Assembly (NCBI GenBank): GCA_002269645.1 | Contig: NIVC01000160.1 | Location: 1-64,000 of the forward strand | Origin: Macrostomum lignano | Taxonomy: Eukaryota | Reading direction: 5' to 3' | Length of the DNA: 64,000 nucleotides | In this document: piece by piece, positions 40,224 through 53,394 of the stretch | Numbering within the stretch: the first letter of the stretch is position 1 | Layout of the letters: each line of letters starts with the position of its first letter | Program-made: the position numbers and the translations under genes | The notes under the pieces: model-generated | Told to the model about the DNA's origin: nothing | Databases searched by the model: none | What the model saw: only the letters and a program-made list of their open reading frames with translations

Positions 40224-43200
40224 ATGCCCTGCTTTCACTGCAACGGGTTCTACAGCGCGTGCGATGACCAGCCGGTGTGCCCCGTGTGCCACTCCTTCCT
40301 CTATCAGTACCAGTGCACCGCCCTGAAGCGCGACGACGAAGACGGAGACTCCGGCACCGAGGAGGAAGCCGCTGCTCACGCTGCTGCCGCCGCCGTCGGC
40401 CCGTCGGGTGCCGCTTCTGACGATGAGGCCCAGCAGCTGCGGCAGTTGCGACAGCAGCAGCAGAAAAAGTTGTTGCAGCAACAGCTGCGGCAGCAGCAGC
40501 AACAGCAGCCTCTGCCATCTAGCAGTGTAAATGCGAGAGCCAGTGACCTGGAGCTTCAGAGTTTGAGTTCCGGAGTGACTTTTGGGGCTTCAGTGTTTGA
40601 GTTCCGGAGTGACTTTTGGAGCTTCAGTGTTTGAGTTCCGGAGTGAATTTTGGAGCTTCAGAGTTTGAGTTCCGGAGTGACTTGGAGCTTCAATGTTTGA
40701 GTTCCGGAGTGACTTTTGGAGCTTCAGTGTTTGAGTTCCGGAGTGACTTGGAGCTTCAATGTTTGAGTTCCGGAGTGACTTTTGGAGCTTCAGTGTTTGA
40801 GTTCCGGAGTGACTTGGAGCTTCAGTGTTTGAGTTCCGGAGTGACTTTTGGAGCTTCAGTCTTTGAGTTCCGGAGTGACTTTTGGAGCTTCAATGTTTGA
40901 GTTCCAGAGTGACTTGGAGCTTCAATGTTTGAGTTCCAGAGTGACTTGGAGCTTCAATGTTTGAGTTCCAGAGTGACTTGGAGCTTAAATGTTTGAGTTC
41001 CAGAGTGACTTGGAGCTTCAATGTTTGAGTACTATCTCAGAGCACCATCGCACCCCCTCCGCAGAGCTCAGCGCAGTCGCGCGGTGCCCGCCTTGACGCC
41101 CTGCCAACCGAGCTGATTCTGGCCGTGTTGGCTCACTGCGACGACATGGCGGTCTGGTCGCTGCTCCGCCTTGGCAACCGGCGGCTGACCCAGATTATCG
41201 AACGGGAGTTCTCCGACGCCTACTGGCAGCGGCAGCTCAGCCACCGGTGGCCCCTGTTCACCCTGCGCCGGCCCCTGGGCGCCGGCACCTGGCGCTCTCT
41301 CTACTCGGATCTGCTGCTGAGCGCGCCCTGTCTCGCCTGTCTCGCCAGCGGGCCCTCCAGTTGGGACGTCGACGAAGCGTCGTCGTGGCGACAGCGCCGG
41401 CTGAGGCTGGAGTACCGCAGCCTTATACAGGAGCCGCCCTACGGCGTGGCGGCCGTGCCGACGCCCGTGGACAGCGGCCGGCTGTCCCAGTGGCATGCCG
41501 TCATCTGCGGCCCGCCCGGCTCCCCCTATCAGGGCGGAGCCTTCTTCCTGTCTCTGACTGTGCCGCACAGCTACCCGCTGCGACCGCCGTTGATTCGCTT
41601 CCTGACTAAGGTGGGCGAGGGGGTGAACTGTGTTTGCGTTTTACCCGCCTTGAAATCGTTTCTAAAACCATCGGGAAATCGCCCCAAATTTCATGAGAAT
41701 CGTCCCTAAACAGTTTTATACAAGGTAAATTAGTTAACCACCTAAAAATCACACAATCACACTAACCCACCCCAAGAATCAACCCTAGGAATCAACCCAA
41801 TAATCGCTCCTAAGCCCCAAAAATCGCCCCTAAACCACCCCAAGAATCGCCCCTAAACTACCCCAAGAATTACCCCTAAACTACCCCAAAAACTGCCCCT
41901 AAACCACCCCAAGAATCGCCCCTAAACTACCACAACAGTCGCCCCTAAACTACCTTAGGAATCGCCCCTTAACTACCACAACAATCACCCCTAAACTACC
42001 ACAACAATCGCCCCTAAACTACCCTAAGAATCGCCCCTAAACTATCCCTAGAATCGCCCCTAAACTACCTTAGGAATCGCCCCTTAACTACCACAACAAT
42101 CACCCCTAAACTACCCTAAGAATCGCACCTAAACTATCCTAAGAATCGCCCCTAAACTACCCTAAGAATCGCACCTAAACTACCCTAAAAATCGCCCCTA
42201 AACTACCTTAGGAATCGCCCCTAAACTACCCCAAAAATCGCCCCCAAACTATCCCTAGAATCGCCCCTAAACTACCTTTGGAATCGCACCTAAACTACCC
42301 CAAGAATCGCACCTAAACTATCCTAAGAATCGCCCCTAAACTACCCCAAGAATTGCCCCTAAACTACCACAACAATCGCCCCTAAACTACCACAACAATC
42401 GCCCCTAAACTACCACAACAATCGCCCCTAAACTACCCACAGAATCGTCCCTAAATCACCCACAGAATCGCCCCTAAATTATCCCAAGAATCGCCCCTAA
42501 ACCACCCCAAGAATCGCCCCTAAACCACCCCAAGAATCGCCCCTAAACTACCACAACAATCACCCCTAAACTACCACAACAATGGCCCCTAAACTACCAC
42601 AACAATCGCCCCTTAACTACCACAACAATGGCCCCTAAACTACCACAACAATCGCCCCTAAACTACCACAACAATCGCCCCTAAACTACCTTAAAAATCA
42701 CCCCTAAACTATCCCTAGAATCGCCCCTAAACTACCTTAGGAATCGCACCTAAACTACCCCAAGAATCGCACCTAAACTATCCTACGAATCGCCCCTAAA
42801 CTACCCCAAGAATCGCCCCTAAACTACCACAACAATCGCCCCTAAACTACCACAACAATCGCCCCTAAACTACCACAACAATCGCCCCTAAACTACCCAC
42901 AGAATCGTCCCTAAATCACCTACAGAATCGCCCCTAAACTACCACAACAATCGCCCCTAAACCACCCCAAGAATCGCCCCTAAACCACCCCAAGAATCGC
43001 CCCTAAACTACCACAACAATCGCCCCTAAACCACCCCAAGAATCGCCCCTAAACTACCACAACAATCGCCCCTAAACTTTATCCTTAAATCCTTTAATCG
43101 ACAGTGAACCCTGCGTAAACTAGTCAAATACCCCGAATTAACTGCCACCCCAGGTGTTCCACCCCAACGTGAGTCGTCACGGAGACGTGGGCCTGGACGC

Positions 43201-43447
43201 CATCTTGCCAACCAACTGGAGCCTGGCCCTCACCCTGGCCAAAGTGCTGGTCTGTGTTCAGAGCCTACTCACGGACCCCTACACCGAGGTGAGCATGGAG
43301 CCCAGGATCGCCCGGCTGTGCATCGAAAACCGGCCAGAATTCGAGCGGCTGGCCCGCCTGTGGACCTGGAAGTACGCCATGCACGACTTTGTCGGGCCTT
43401 TGGCTGCGACCGACGAACCGGCGGGTGACGGCGGTGGTGACTTGTAA
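40224..43447 (+). CDS. morgue: Morgue-like ubiquitination protein (zinc finger + F-box + E2 variant lacking the catalytic Cys), 380 aa; exons 40224-40526, 41065-41610, 43154-43447
   Basis: N-terminal CFHC-x12-CPVC; F-box LDALPTELILAVL; UBC fold RRLRLEYRSL..WHAVICGPPGSPYQGGAFFL..YPLRPPLIRFLTK|VFHPNVSRHGDVGLD..WSLALTLAKVL..SLLTDP..WTWKYAM, with Gly at the catalytic Cys position. Phase-0 junctions AGT|GTAAAT..CGCAG| and AAG|GTGGGC..CCCAG|. Confidence 0.9.
40540..41030. repeat. 32-34-bp minisatellite GAGTTCCGGAGTGACTTTTGGAGCTTCAGTGTTT in morgue intron 1
   Basis: Direct. Confidence 0.94.
41770..43075. repeat. 23-bp minisatellite CCCTAAACTACCCCAAGAATCGC in morgue intron 2
   Basis: Direct; shares CCCCAAGAATCGCCCCTA with the 39165 array. 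Confidence 0.95.
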
Positions 43448-43611
43448 TTTGTTGGCGTTTTCGTTTAATCTTCTCTTCAAGCATTTCCGCCTTGCACTCG
43501 TCAGCCCCGTTTAGCACTCGCTGTTTTTGTTTATGGTTACTGCGTGTGTGAAATATTTTCTCACCTTGCAATCGTCACTGCAGTTTTTGGCCTTCTTATT
43601 TTAATTTCACC

Positions 43612-44480
43612 CGCCCTAATTAGCCTCACGCCCACCTGGACTAATTAGCCTCACGCCCACCTGCAATAATTAGCCTCACACTCACCTGCAATAATTAGCC
43701 TCACACCCACCTGCACTAATTAGCCTCACACCCACCTGCCCATATTAGCCTCACGCCCACCTGGACTAATTAGCCTCACGCCCACCTGCAATAATTAGCC
43801 TCACACTCACCTGCAATAATTAGCTTCATATCCACCTGTCCTATTTAGCCTCACACCCACCTGCACTAATTAGCCTCACGCCCACCTGCACTAATTAGCC
43901 TCACACTCACCTGCAATAATTAGCTTCATATCCACCTGTCCTATTTAGCCTCACACCCACCTGCACTACGAGCTAATTAGCCTCACACCCACCTGCAATA
44001 ATTAGCTTCATATCCACCTGTCCTATTTAGCCTCACACCCACCTGCACGAATTAGCCTCACACCCACCTGCACTAATTAGCCTCACACCCACCTGCACTA
44101 ATTAGCTTCATATCCACCTGTCCTATTTAGCCTCACACCCACCTGTACTAATTAGCCTCACACCCACCTGCACTAATTAGCCTCACACCCACCTGCACTA
44201 ATTAGCCTCACACCCACCTGCACTAATTAGCCTCACACCAACATGCCCTAATTAGCCTCACACCAACATGCCCTAATTAGCCTCACACCAACATGCCCTA
44301 ATTAGCCTCACACCAACATGCCCTAATTAGCCTCACACCAACATGCACTAATTAGCATCACACCAACATGCCCTAATTAGCATCACACCAACATGCCCTA
44401 ATTAGCATCACACCCACCTGCACTAATTAGCCTCACACCCACCTGGACTAATTAGCCTCACACCAACATGCCCTAATTAG
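43612..44480. repeat. 25-bp minisatellite TAATTAGCCTCACACCCACCTGCAC
   Basis: Direct. Confidence 0.94.
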
Positions 44481-45239
44481 TCTCAAACACGCCACCCCTC
44501 GTTGGCGCCGTCAAACAGTTGTTTAGTTTTGTAAGTTGTACAATTTTACTGTTATAATCTGTTATATTTATTTAAGTATTCTGATTCAAACCCATAGTGC
44601 ATTTGTCTCCGTACTGTTGCTTACGTCATAGTTGCTTTGCTAACTATTACAAGGTGTAGTGCAAGTGCGCTATGCCTTTCTTTGTTAAATCGTGAAGTGT
44701 GCGGTAACTTATCCACATTTATGTATGATATAATCAGTTAGTTATGTGTAATAGTTTTAGATGCAGCAACAAAAAAACTTTTAATAGAATCGATGGTAGA
44801 TGTCATATATCCTGTTTAAAAAATACATAAAGCCCAACTTCTCCGTTTGCACTTTCATAATGGGGATTATCTATCCATAGAGCTATTTAAATAATATAAA
44901 TTCTGCTCAGTCAATCCTTCACAAAATTTGTTCAGTAAAATTCAGCAGATTTCAGCAGTTTTTTCTCTTTTTTGTCGCTTAAATTCTTGCATTTCTACTC
45001 ACAGTAGCCCAGAACTGTGAGGAGGCCTGGCCATGTGCTTTGCACTGCTTGGTATAACAATTTCAGCAATAGAGAAATTCTGCTGTTCCATGCATTGCTA
45101 TAAGTATTTAAAAGTACAGAACTACAGTACTCGTTTCTAGGAATTAGTATCCGAAATTGGCCCAGAGGCGCTTTTACCTTTCATAGGATCGAAGATTTAA
45201 CATACTCGAAGACAGTAAATCTCATAGCTCAAAACTTCG

Positions 45240-45292
45240 TGATGTGTCTGTGAGTAATGAGTATGTGTGTGTAATTGTATGTGTCTGTGTGT

Positions 45293-45354
<62 letters not shown>

Positions 45355-45890
45355 TGTGTCTTTGTGTATGATGTGTCTGTGTGTTTGATTGTGTGATGTG
45401 TCTGTTGTGTTTGATGTGTGCGATGTGGCTGTGTGTATGATGTGTCTGTGTGTATGATGTGTGTGATGTGTCTGTGTGTATGATGTGTGTGATGTGTCTG
45501 TGTGTATGGTGTGTGTGATGTGGCTGTGTGTATGATGTGTGTGATGTGTCTGTGTGTATGATATGTGTGATGTGTCTATGTGTATGATGTGTCTGTGTGT
45601 ATGATGTGTGTGATGTCTCTGTGTTTGATGTGTGTGATGTGGCTGTGTGTATGATGTGTGTGATGTGTCTGTGTGTATGATGTGTCTATGTGTATGATTT
45701 GTCTGTGTGTATGATGTGTGTGATGTGTCTGTGTGTATGATGTGTCTATGTGTATGATTTGTCTGTGTGTATGATGTGTATGATGTCTCTGTGTGTATGA
45801 TGCGTGTCATTGTGTGTGACGTGTCTGTTTGTTTGACATGTGTGATTGTGGGATGTGTTAACTTGTGTTTTATGTGTGTGTAGGTAATAT
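45240..45890. repeat. (TG)n and degenerate TG-rich microsatellite
   Basis: Direct. Confidence 0.95.
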
Positions 45891-46435
45891 TTGATGCATG
45901 TGTGTGTACTCAAGCAGACTCACCCAGTGCAACTCAGCAGCCCGTGCATACTCTTACTCAAGAGAATATGAATCCGAATTGGAGTTTAGCACAGCTGATA
46001 AACTTTCATTTCTAACTCTCTCTCATCAGAGCTCTGGCTGCTCTCTGTTTGAACTGCTGGTTGTTCATTCAGCATGCAGCCCTTTCTGCATGGCCATTTT
46101 GCCCGATCATGTGGGCATATTTATCTAATTACACAATTAGCAGAAGTGGCTTCGACAATGCAGCAATGCAAGGCAACGCAGACGATAGAAACCGGCTGTG
46201 CAAAAGACAAGACTCTTCTTCTTCTTTTTGCGAGGCTCTCAAAATATTCTGCCCATATATTGGCACAGGCTATATTAGAAAGCCGAAAAGAAGAGAAGGG
46301 AGAGAGTGTTTTGAGCAAATTGTTTATAAATCTGTTTCAGTGCTGTCGTGTCATTTTTTTAATCTTTGAATGTAGAATTTATGGAATTATTAATCATTGC
46401 TGCCTGAGTACAGCTGGTATCGGTAGTTTTCATTG

Positions 46436-46613
46436 ATGGCATCCAACAGCGGCAGCAGCAATATCAGGCGATTCAGTTTGAAGCCAACAACAACTGGCGC
46501 TTCTCCTAGTAGCAGCAGCGCCGGCAGCAATGCTGCAACAAGTAGCGCGGGACCGGGTCCTCAGTTGCTATCGTCTGCTAGGGGTGTTGGCGGAAAGACG
46601 GCCAGTTTGAGAG
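46436..46613 (+). CDS. Candidate alternative first coding exon A of the nesprin-like gene (MASNSG...TASLR|D)
   Basis: ATG-initiated, strong donor GAG|GTAAGT, phase 1 matching the acceptor at 60061; joins to give [14 protein letters not shown]. Confidence 0.7.
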
Positions 46614-46654
46614 GTAAGTCGCCCGATCCTTGGCAGCTTTTGGATGCGATTTCA

Positions 46655-46910
46655 TCCTGTACTGTGTTTGGGTAATCCTGTACTGTGTTTGAGTAATCCT
46701 GTACTGTGTTTGGGTAATCCTGTACTGTGTTTGGGTAATCCTGTACTGTGTTTGAGTAATCCTGTACTGTGTTTGGGTAATCCTGTACTGTGTTTGGGTA
46801 ATCCTGTACTGTGTTTGGGTAATCCTGTACTGTGTTTGGGTAATCCTGTACTGTGTTTGGGTAATCCTGTACTGAATTTGAGTAATCATGTAATGTATTT
46901 GGTAATCCTG
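46655..46910. repeat. 21-bp minisatellite AATCCTGTACTGTGTTTGGGT
   Basis: Direct. Confidence 0.94.
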
Positions 46911-49190
46911 TACAGGTACACTTGTCCTGTATTCGGGTAGTGTACTGTGACCTGATGTACTTTACTGAAACTAAATGTAATGTGCTCTGGACAAATCATG
47001 TACAACTGAACTGTTACCTGATCAACCTGTACTTTGCATTTACAGTACATGTATCTGGGATATATGCGGGTATACTGGGTAGTACAGGTACTGCGTAATA
47101 TACATTAACTGTCAATTTTACACACACGTGTAAAGAGATCGAGACTCCCAAAAACAGCTGACTCATGCATGGTTTACAATTCTCTAATACGTACATTGCT
47201 CGTACTACATGGGACTACTGGTTAGGTAGTAGCGAGTATCGGCTTAACATATTATTTTTTTAAATATTTAACTTTTAACTGTAGCCATGATCAAAACCCC
47301 TCAATTCAAATTCATAGTTAATACCTGACTTAAAATAATGTTGATTGACTTGTTAAACTGTTTAAATAGTAAAAGCGAAAAGCTAAACTAAATTTCGGAA
47401 CACCTATGCTATTATCAGACTGGAAATCTCATGCGCATGGCAAGAAGACCGATTCTATAGTCCTGTACATGTCCAGCGCTTACTTTTCGCGTAAACATAA
47501 TTTATGCGCTAAAATAGCTAGTACAATGCGAATTGGCTCCCAAGCAGTTCTATTCTACAGTAGAAGCTGGATGGGTTGGCCGTGGGAGAATCGCATTTAT
47601 TTAAGCGGGCTTGAGTGGAGCTTTACGTCGTAATATTGACTCTATTGAGTCACGACTCACTCCACACTACTCTTGAAAGCACTTTGTTCTGAAACTGTGA
47701 CCCACCTCCACAAGTCGCAACCCTAAATCCGACCTTGACCTTGAGTTCCTACAAAGCGTTGTTCTTAAGTAGGAAATTGACAAAGACAGTTTACTGGAAG
47801 CCTATGCTTGAGTATTGAGTTCACTCAAGCCCCCCCCCCGGACCGGAATAAAGAACGAATCATGAAAACCTATTATTAGCCCTTCCCTACGCCGATAAGA
47901 ATACAACCTTATCAATCAAACGTATTCCTCATATTCCGAAATTTATAGGGATTTTCTACGAGCTTTTCCTCATGTTTGGCAAATTTCGGCAAAGTTTGGC
48001 ACTCCAGCCCCTCAAAAAAGCGCATTACCGTAACGTGTAATGTTTTCCGTACTTTATCTACTGATTTCGTATGTACATTTAAAAATAGGGCCCTACCTAA
48101 TAATAAAGAACCGTTTATAGTATCTACATTGACTTTCTCTTGGGGAGGGTTCAGGGCTTTTCCCTAACAGTCCACCCCAACCCCTCAACCCCCAATTCCG
48201 AAACCCCCGAACAAACCCTTATTTCCTACGCACGTATTGGAGGAGGGGGGGGGTTTGGTCTCCTCACCAAGTCCCCCAAATCGGTTTGAAAAAAAAAGTA
48301 ATAGGGCTTCAGTTCAGAATAAGGAAAGGCTTCTAAACCGATTGGGCTCCCCCCGCTGTGCGTGTTTAGTAATGTGAAATTATATGCGAGAGACGGCGCC
48401 CCCCAGACCAACCACCCCACCCGCCTCCTCAAAGCTGTCCCCCCTGGGCTATACAACTGAACTTGAACTGAAACTGCAACACAAACCCCGGACCAACCAA
48501 CCTATAATATAATATTAGGCGTGCAACCAACAAACTCGTACTGAATTCATTCCAAAACAGTGCTGAATTAAGAGGAGAGTCAGGGTGTTTTTTGTTATTT
48601 AGCAGCGAGCAAACAATTGATTAATTTATATAGATTGTTTACTTTTTTACAAGTACACTCGACCTTGCTACTTTGAAACCAATCTGCATTTTAACTTGCT
48701 TCTTCAACTTCCTGACCTGAGACGAAGTTTTCTTAGCTACTTCCTATTGCACTTAGCTGGCTTATGAGTTGGTAATCTTTACCTCTTAGCTTCTTATTTG
48801 CTTAAATTAAATGCTTAAAATTAAATCCTGAACTGAATCTGCGCATGAGCATTTAAATTGGCCAATTAAGTTATTTTTTAATTATTGCAACTACGTTTCG
48901 AGGTGGAACTCTATTTTTTTCCTGACCATCAACACAGACGACACTTGACGAACTCTGACCATGGTTTACCGTTACTATTTCTCCTGGACTGATTTATTTT
49001 TATATTGACATTCTGAGCTAAACCAATTAATGATATGAGCGTATCAGTGGCGTATCACCGATTAAGAGGTAAGGCTTTATAATATCGCTTTGTAAGTGTA
49101 CAATTATTAATTTATTATTTATTTATATTGAATACGTACAGAAAATCCAGAGGCAAAAGTACAATAATTCATTCGTGACGATACTTTGTG

Positions 49191-49385
49191 CAGGGGCGTA
49201 GCCAGGAATTTCCTACGGGGGGGGGATACACCAAGGTGAATTTCCTACGGGGGGGGGATACACCAAGGTAAAAGTGCTCACATGGTAGCATGTATAGCGA
49301 AAAAGTGCAACAAAAAAGTTTTGGTCAGGCTCTTCGGGGGGGGGGGGGGATACATCCCCCCTGATCCCCCCTCCCTACGCCACTG
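49191..49385. mobile_element. hAT-like MITE with 8-bp TSD ACTTTGTG
   Basis: Termini CAGGGGCGTAG / CTACGCCACTG; ACTTTGTG at 49183-49190 and 49386-49393; internal ~31-bp tandem duplication. Confidence 0.88.
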
Positions 49386-50454
49386 ACTTTGTGTGCAAAC
49401 ACAGGCTGAGACAGCTGACTCAAATTAATTTACTTGAAGATTATTAACGAGTTTTTTATATAATTTTCGTTTTGGCTTTAGTTTATGTATTGATTTGAAT
49501 TCAGAGTACTATCTAAGGAATTCATATACCTATTACCTTAATGCCTTATGCCTTATGGCGTAAACGTACAAGCGTAAATTAACATCTACTGATCTTATGA
49601 TGACCAAAAAACAATTTGAATTGGTGCCAAAACTGATGATTATTATTGATCACGTGCTATATATCAAAGGGTTTTCCCTTCGAGTAAAAATTAAAGTCAA
49701 AGAAGCTTAACGCCGTCTCCCCGCAATTAAAGCAGAGTTTTTTTTTCGTTACAATTTTTTGTCGAAGTTTTCTCGCATTTTTACTATCAGTAGCGCAAAT
49801 CGAGAATTTCGCTCACTTTCTGATTGTTCGCAAGGGATTGTTTGATGAACCATATTTAGCTTAGACAATAAAGAGCTTTACAAAATTCTCCTAGAGAGTG
49901 CTCTGGGAATGACATCGGAGCGATGATAAGGGAGGGACTCAGGATCGCTCCCATTCACTCACTCACAGTCTCACACTTCTGTATAGGCTGTATCGGGAAA
50001 TACCTAACCTTGAATATATTGCAAATGCATAGCTCATTGTTTATGTGCTGTAACACTGCTGTGCGAGGGACAATGGGACTCTAGGACTAAGGAGTGCGTA
50101 TTTAAAGAAGCTTTTAACGCGCACTCGTTGCTTGAGGCTGGATGAAAAAACCTTTAGCCATTGAGTTGAGGGCAAAGCCGGATGTCTATGCATTTCAGTT
50201 CCTTGTCATTCTTTTTTGGAGTTTTTTAACTTCTTTGACTCTGCAGCTGTTTGTCTTCTCAGACTGCCAGAATTGCAGAAATGCTTTGAATTTGCTGAAG
50301 ACTGTAGTGGAGTAGCGCTCATCCATCCATCAATGTCTGCTCCGTCATCTGTCTAAGACATCTATTTATAGAAACAACTGAAGCACTGGCAAACAAGACC
50401 AGAAACTGTTCTATTTTTTCGTCTTTTTTACCAACAGTTTTGTGTCAAGAAGAG

Positions 50455-50895
50455 CGAGGAGTGCCAAGATAGGCATTCAAGGAGTGCCAAGATAGGCATG
50501 CGGAGAGTGCCAAGATAGGCGAGCTAAGAGTGCCAAGATAATCATGCGAGGAGTGCCAAGATAGGCGAGCTAGGAGTGCCAAGATAGGCAAGCTAGGAGT
50601 GCCAAGATAGGCGAGCTAGGAGTGCCAAGATAGGCGAGCTAAGAGTGCCAAGATAATCATGCGAGGAGTGCCAAGATAGGCGAGCTAGGAGTGCCAAGAT
50701 AGGCAAGCTAGGAGTGCCAAGATAGGCGAGCTAGGAGTGCCAAGATAGGCGAGCTAGGAGTGCCAAGATAGGCGAGCTAGGAGTGCCAAGATAGGCGAGC
50801 TAGGAGTGCCAAGATAGGCGAGCTAGGAGTGCCAAGATAGGCGAGCTAGGAATGCCAAGATAGACGAGCTAGGAGTGCCAAGATTGGTATGCGGG
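50455..50895. repeat. 23-bp minisatellite GAGTGCCAAGATAGGCGAGCTAG
   Basis: Direct. Confidence 0.94.
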
Positions 50896-51424
50896 AGTGC
50901 AGTTACTTTTACCGTATGAAGAGTACTTAAAGCACTTAGTTACCCACCATCATAAACGGTCATAGGCCATAGCCCCACACTGCCACTAACAAAAAAAATG
51001 CTATTCTACTCGTGTATGCTTAAACTCATATATATCAAAATATTACTCTCAACTTTCTGAGGCCAAACCAGTGCTAAAAACTCGAACAATAGAACAAATG
51101 GAAGTTAGTTATTAGAAGAAAGATAGTCGGGGGTGTGACTGCAATTCTTAGTCAGGGTGTGATTTAATTAATTGACACCCTCTGACCACTTGCGAACCAC
51201 TTGAGTTGCTTCAGATTCATTATGCCTTCACATGAACTACGGAATTGTGCTAGCTTAGGCTCAATTTCGAGTTACATATGGAACATTGCTGAACTTTCTC
51301 TTTTGTAAAATGGTATGAAAACTTTTTGTTTAGTGATTGACAGGTAACGCATTTTGATGCGTTTTGTGTTATTATTTCTTAAATACTTTATTTATTGAAT
51401 GAGCGTTGGTTGGTTAGCTAGCTA

Positions 51425-51992
<568 letters not shown>

Positions 51993-53271
51993 CCGGACAT
52001 TGATTTCGACATAATAAAAAATAAAATAGGATTTCTCATTCTTTATCAGCCCGGCAGGTAAACGAATCGGAGAAAGGCGAGCAATTATCCGCACAGTGAG
52101 CGGTGCAGACTATAGCACTATATATACCTATACGAGACCTAAGTATGACCTCATTCACGGAAATGGACGGGGCGGGGCATGCAGGGGTGGACGCGTCAGC
52201 TGAGAGAGGAGGAGAAATTAGGAGCGGCTCGCCAAAGGTATATATGAGCTCTTCCCTTACCTCCCAGGTGACTTGCAGTCCCCAATTCCATTTCCGTACG
52301 AGTACTTCTGTGTGCGGGGAGGGGCACGGGGAGGTTATCTGTCATGCAGTTGCTGGGAGCTAAACCCCCGATGCGTTCCCATTTTCCTGGCTTGCATTGA
52401 GGAAGGAAAGACCTTGGAGGAGCGGGGGTGGGTGTTGCCCAGATACAGCCGTGAGCAGTTGCTACTCTTCTCTGTGGCAACTCATGGATAGGCAGTGCAG
52501 AGGGGAAATGTACTCAAAACTCCACCCCCTCGGCAACCAACCCAGCTATAGTGATTCAAAATCCTAAGTCCTGTGCTTCTCTACCTCCCACCTTTTTTAA
52601 CTGGCCTATCGCTCACCCACCCGCACGTGGGCTCAGCTTAGCAACTATCTCAGGAATTTGCGCACACCGTACACCGCGGGTTTTGCAATTTCTATACAAT
52701 TTTTACATCGTTTCATTTCCCTTGTGGCAGGCTGGTATAAACGCAAGACAGACACGGACAGACAGGCGCAGGAACGCCCAAAAAGAAAGTTTTTTATATT
52801 GTAGATTTCCTCGTCCCAAATTTGCCTCACCAGTAAATTCCGAGCACTGAGTGAGAAGACAGAGAGCAGGAAGTCCGGCTCGCTGCTGCGCCTTACATTT
52901 CTTAGAATTTCTCTGATTTAAGATAAGTAGATCGAGAACAGTTTAGGGGTCCACCGTATTGGTCTTTCATTTCACCCCCCAGAAACTTGCTCAGCAACCC
53001 GCGGCCCTCCAATTGCGGCGGCCACCATTTCCTGTCGATTCTCTCTCCCTCCTTCTCCCCCTCACTTAAATAAAAAGAAAAGTCTTGAAAAAGGTTTTTG
53101 CACTGCGCCATTGCGTTATATAGCTCAGACTGACTTGAAGCGCTGGAACCCCTCACAGCAAGAGACGTCATCGCAGAATTAATTGACAGAATGAAAGCTT
53201 TGAATGTTAAAGTAATTTACGTACAAGGTTAAGATTCAGCAAGCAGGTGTGTATTGAAGTACAGCTAGAAC

Positions 53272-53374
53272 ATGAGTTGGATAAGACGCGAATCGTCAGA
53301 TGACAGTTCAGGAGGTCGGCGGCGTATTGACAAACGAAGGTCAGAAATTGAGTCGAGGGCATTGTTCTACAGAG
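53272..53374 (+). CDS. Candidate alternative first coding exon B of the nesprin-like gene (MSWIRR...LFYR|D)
   Basis: ATG, perfect donor GAG|GTGAGT, phase 1. Confidence 0.62.
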
Positions 53375-53394
53375 GTGAGTACCGGCTTCTGGGT

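Noticed and set aside
47750-48480. Odd homopolymer-rich segment that could be an organellar or viral insert
   Set aside because: No recognisable ORF or RNA motif by eye; may be low-quality consensus or a decayed repeat and needs a BLAST search to say more
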